From: Mycobacterium tuberculosis H37Rv
GTDB taxonomy: Bacteria; Actinomycetota; Actinomycetes; Mycobacteriales; Mycobacteriaceae
Assembly (NCBI RefSeq): GCF_000195955.2
Contig: NC_000962.3
Location: forward strand, 2,220,001-2,252,000
Length of the DNA stretch: 32,000 nt
Direction of reading: 5' to 3'
Shown: positions 29,478-32,000 of the stretch, in pieces
Layout of the letters: every line of letters begins with the position of its first letter
How positions within the stretch are numbered: position 1 is the stretch's first letter
Program-made: the position numbers and the translations under genes
The notes under the pieces: model-generated
Database searches by the model: none
The model's input: the letters and a program-made list of their open reading frames with translations, nothing else
What the model was told of the DNA's origin: nothing

Positions 29478-30974
29478 TCAGATCGCGCTGCGCCAGATGT
29501 GGTAGGCCTGTCCCACGGAGCGCTCACGCGGCCCCGCCGTGTCGATCCGGTGCCCGGTGTCCCAGTCCGCTTGCCGGGCGGCCAAGGCCGCCGCGATCTC
29601 GGCGGTGGCGTCGGAGTTGCCCCCGGCTCTAGCAACGATTCTGTCGGCCATCACGTCAACCGTCGCCGAACACCTGAATTCGACAATCGCCGAGTGCGTG
29701 TCCGCCGCGAGACGCCGGGCGCAGGCGCGCATCTGCGGATCACCCCAGGTACCGTCGAGGATCACTGAGTGCCCACTACCCAAGAGCAGGCGGGCTTTGC
29801 GCAGCGCCTCCTGGTAGACCGCCACAACGTTGGCACGACTGTAGAGCCCGGAGTCCAAAACGCCGGGCTCCCCGGTGATTACTCCGCAATCGCGTAGCCG
29901 CCGGCGCACATCGTCGGTTGAGATCACCTGCGCCCCCACCAGTTCGGCGACCCCGCGGGCCAGGGTCGACTTGCCGGTGCCCGGATTGCCACCGACCAGC
30001 GCCAACCGGACCGTAGCGTGCTGTAGGTGTTGGGTGGCGATGATCAGGTGGCGCACGGCGTCCGCAGCGGCCTCCGGTTTGCCCTGGGAGAATCGCACGC
30101 ACTCGACTTTCGCGCGCACCACCGCGCGATAAGCAATGTAGAAGTCGCGCAGCGACGCCGGGGCGGTATCACCCGAACGCACCGCATAGCCGGCCAGGAA
30201 GTAGTCCCCAAGATCTTTGCGGCCCAAGAACTCCAGATCCATGGCCAAAAAGGCGGCGTCGTCGATGCGGTCGAGGTAGCGAAGCTCGTCTTCGAACTCC
30301 AAGCAATCCAGCAGCGCCGGTTCGCCATCCACCAAGAAGATGTCATCGGCCAGTAGATCCGCGTGGCCGTCTACAATACAACCTTCTTTGATCCGGCCGG
30401 CGAACAAAACCTCGCGCCCGGAAACGAATTCGTCGACCATGTGTTCAATCCGCCGAATCACATCCCCGGAGACCACTTTGTCCGCGTGGTGGCGAAGTTC
30501 GGCCAGGTTTTCGTGCCAACGCCGCGCCACCGCACCGACCTCGCCTTGAGTATCGATGCACCGGTTACGCTGTGCGCGCTGGTGAAACCGGGCCAACACC
30601 TCAGCGATCGCGTCCAGGGCACCCTCGACCGGCAGGCCGGCGGTCACCATCGACGCCAGCCGCTGCTTGTCGCGGTAACGCCGCATGACGACGACCGGTT
30701 CGGCGTGCCCGCCGCTTGGATCGCTGAGATGGGCAATGCCCAAGTAGCTCTGCGCGGCCAGCCGACTATTCAACTCGAATTCCCGGATACAGGCGCGCTC
30801 ACGCTGTTCCGCCGTGCGGAAGTCGCAGAAATCCGTCACCACAGGCTTTTTCGCCTTGAACGCCCGGTCGCCGGCCAACACAACCACTGCGGTGTGGGTT
30901 TCGCGCACATCGATGAAAGGCTCATCTGTCACAGGATGGGCGTCACACGTGCCGTCGTTGGTCGGTGAGTCCAT
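29478..30974 (-). CDS. Fused aminoglycoside-phosphotransferase-like + P-loop (AAA_33 kinase-like) protein (Rv2004c-like)
   Basis: 498 aa from MDSPTNDGTC. LFAGRIKEGCIVDGHADLLADDIFLVDG...LLDCLEF (APH-like catalytic region) and LVGGNPGTGKSTLARG (Walker A). Confidence 0.88.
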   Translation of the reverse strand: MDSPTNDGTCDAHPVTDEPFIDVRETHTAVVVLAGDRAFKAKKPVVTDFCDFRTAEQRERACIREFELNSRLAAQSYLGIAHLSDPSGGHAEPVVVMRRYRDKQRLASMVTAGLPVEGALDAIAEVLARFHQRAQRNRCIDTQGEVGAVARRWHENLAELRHHADKVVSGDVIRRIEHMVDEFVSGREVLFAGRIKEGCIVDGHADLLADDIFLVDGEPALLDCLEFEDELRYLDRIDDAAFLAMDLEFLGRKDLGDYFLAGYAVRSGDTAPASLRDFYIAYRAVVRAKVECVRFSQGKPEAAADAVRHLIIATQHLQHATVRLALVGGNPGTGKSTLARGVAELVGAQVISTDDVRRRLRDCGVITGEPGVLDSGLYSRANVVAVYQEALRKARLLLGSGHSVILDGTWGDPQMRACARRLAADTHSAIVEFRCSATVDVMADRIVARAGGNSDATAEIAAALAARQADWDTGHRIDTAGPRERSVGQAYHIWRSAI

Positions 30975-30995
30975 GGCGGTAGCCAAGCCAAGTAG

Positions 30996-31883
30996 TCACG
31001 ACTGCCGTGCCACGATCACTGGCACCCGCGCGGCGTGTAAGACCGCGTTACTGACCGACCCCAGAAGCATGCCGGTCAAGCCACCTCGGCCATGACTGCC
31101 AACGACGACAAGCTGGGCGGACGCCGACTTTTGCACCAGCTTCCGCGCCGGGCGATCGCAAACGACAACCCGGCTCACCGGCACATCGGGATAGCGTTCT
31201 TGCCAACCTGCCAAGCGTTCGGCGAGACTAAGCTCCGCTTCCTGCTGTACAGCCGAGAAGTCCAAACCCGGAAGTTCCACCACTTCGACGTCACTCCACG
31301 CGTGCACGGCGATCAGTTCGACGCCGCGGCGCGACGCCTCGTCAAATGCCACCGCCGTCGCAAGCTCCGAAACCGGCGAACCGTCGATTCCCACCAGCAC
31401 GGGAGCGTGCTGCGGATCAGGGATCACCGCATCATCGCTGTGGATGACCGCGACCGGGCACCCGGCGCGTCGCACCAGGCTCGAGCTGACCGAACCGAGC
31501 AAGCCTCGGGCCAGCGCTCCCCGGCCCGAGCTGCCCAACACCACCATCTCTGCCTCGTTGGAGATTTCAACCATGGTAGGTACCGGCGTGGAAAATACGA
31601 GCTCGCTCTTTACGCTGAGCTTTCGATCCGCTCCAACCGCCTCTTTGGCGAGCTTGACGGCGTTGGCGACGATCTGGCGACCCTCGTCCTCCTGCCAAAC
31701 CCCCCAGGTCTCCGGATACGGCATCGGCGGCCACGTCGCTACATCGGCGTTCACCACGTGGACCACGGTCAGCGGAATGTTCCTCATCGCCGCATCGGTG
31801 GCACCCCAACAGGCGGCGGCATCCGATTCGAGCGAACCATCTACCCCGACGACAACTCCGTGCTGCTTGCGGGGTTTAGACAT
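30996..31883 (-). CDS. Tandem-domain universal stress protein (Rv2005c-like)
   Basis: 295 aa. GVVVGVDGSLESDAAACWG...VVLGSSGRGALARGLLGSVSSSLVRRAGCPVAVI and VLVGIDGSPVSELATAVA...VVVGSHGRGGLTGMLLGSVSNAVLHAA. Confidence 0.93.
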   Translation of the reverse strand: MSKPRKQHGVVVGVDGSLESDAAACWGATDAAMRNIPLTVVHVVNADVATWPPMPYPETWGVWQEDEGRQIVANAVKLAKEAVGADRKLSVKSELVFSTPVPTMVEISNEAEMVVLGSSGRGALARGLLGSVSSSLVRRAGCPVAVIHSDDAVIPDPQHAPVLVGIDGSPVSELATAVAFDEASRRGVELIAVHAWSDVEVVELPGLDFSAVQQEAELSLAERLAGWQERYPDVPVSRVVVCDRPARKLVQKSASAQLVVVGSHGRGGLTGMLLGSVSNAVLHAARVPVIVARQS

Positions 31884-31935
31884 CTCATTCTCCCTTCGCC
31901 TCGAGCAACGCTATGAACCGGGACAGTCACCGGTC

Positions 31936-31955
31936 ATGAGGCTTTAGTCCCCAAT
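31936..31955. promoter_or_regulatory. Candidate DosR box upstream of Rv2005c-like gene
   Basis: Minus strand ATTGGGGACTAAAGCCTCAT closely matches TTSGGGACTWWAGTCCCSAA. About 53 bp upstream of the 31883 start. Confidence 0.75.
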
Positions 31956-32000
31956 CGGACGGCCAACCGACCATGATTGGATTCGACGCCCGAATCCAAG

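Overview
The window can be read as a Mycobacterium tuberculosis complex segment matching the Rv1977 (3' part) to Rv2005c gene order of H37Rv. The identification comes from recalled protein sequences and synteny, not from a search. It spans the RD2 genes (Rv1978-Rv1988: permease, mpt64, nrdF1, vapBC36, PE_PGRS35, cfp21, lysG/lysE, a CBM2 protein, erm(37)). A toxin-antitoxin-rich stretch follows (mbcAT, mazEF6 and relics), then a metal-ATPase locus (ctpG / DUF1490 / cmtR), and then a DosR-associated segment (Rv1996, ctpF, Rv1998c ... fabG3, Rv2003c, Rv2004c, Rv2005c). No tRNA, rRNA, CRISPR array or intact mobile element was recognised. I found no wholly new multi-gene system. The best second-look items are: (1) a short ORF at 29260-29457(-) with its own Shine-Dalgarno, resembling the extreme C-terminus of PEP synthase/PPDK, inside the Rv2005c-Rv2004c-Rv2003c gene run; (2) a vapBC-like relic after erm(37), with two palindromes spaced 20 bp apart; (3) a frameshifted gene remnant at 13723-14141(+) that overlaps and helps explain the odd annotated 'dehydrogenase fragment'; (4) likely over-extended starts for Rv2000 and Rv2003c.
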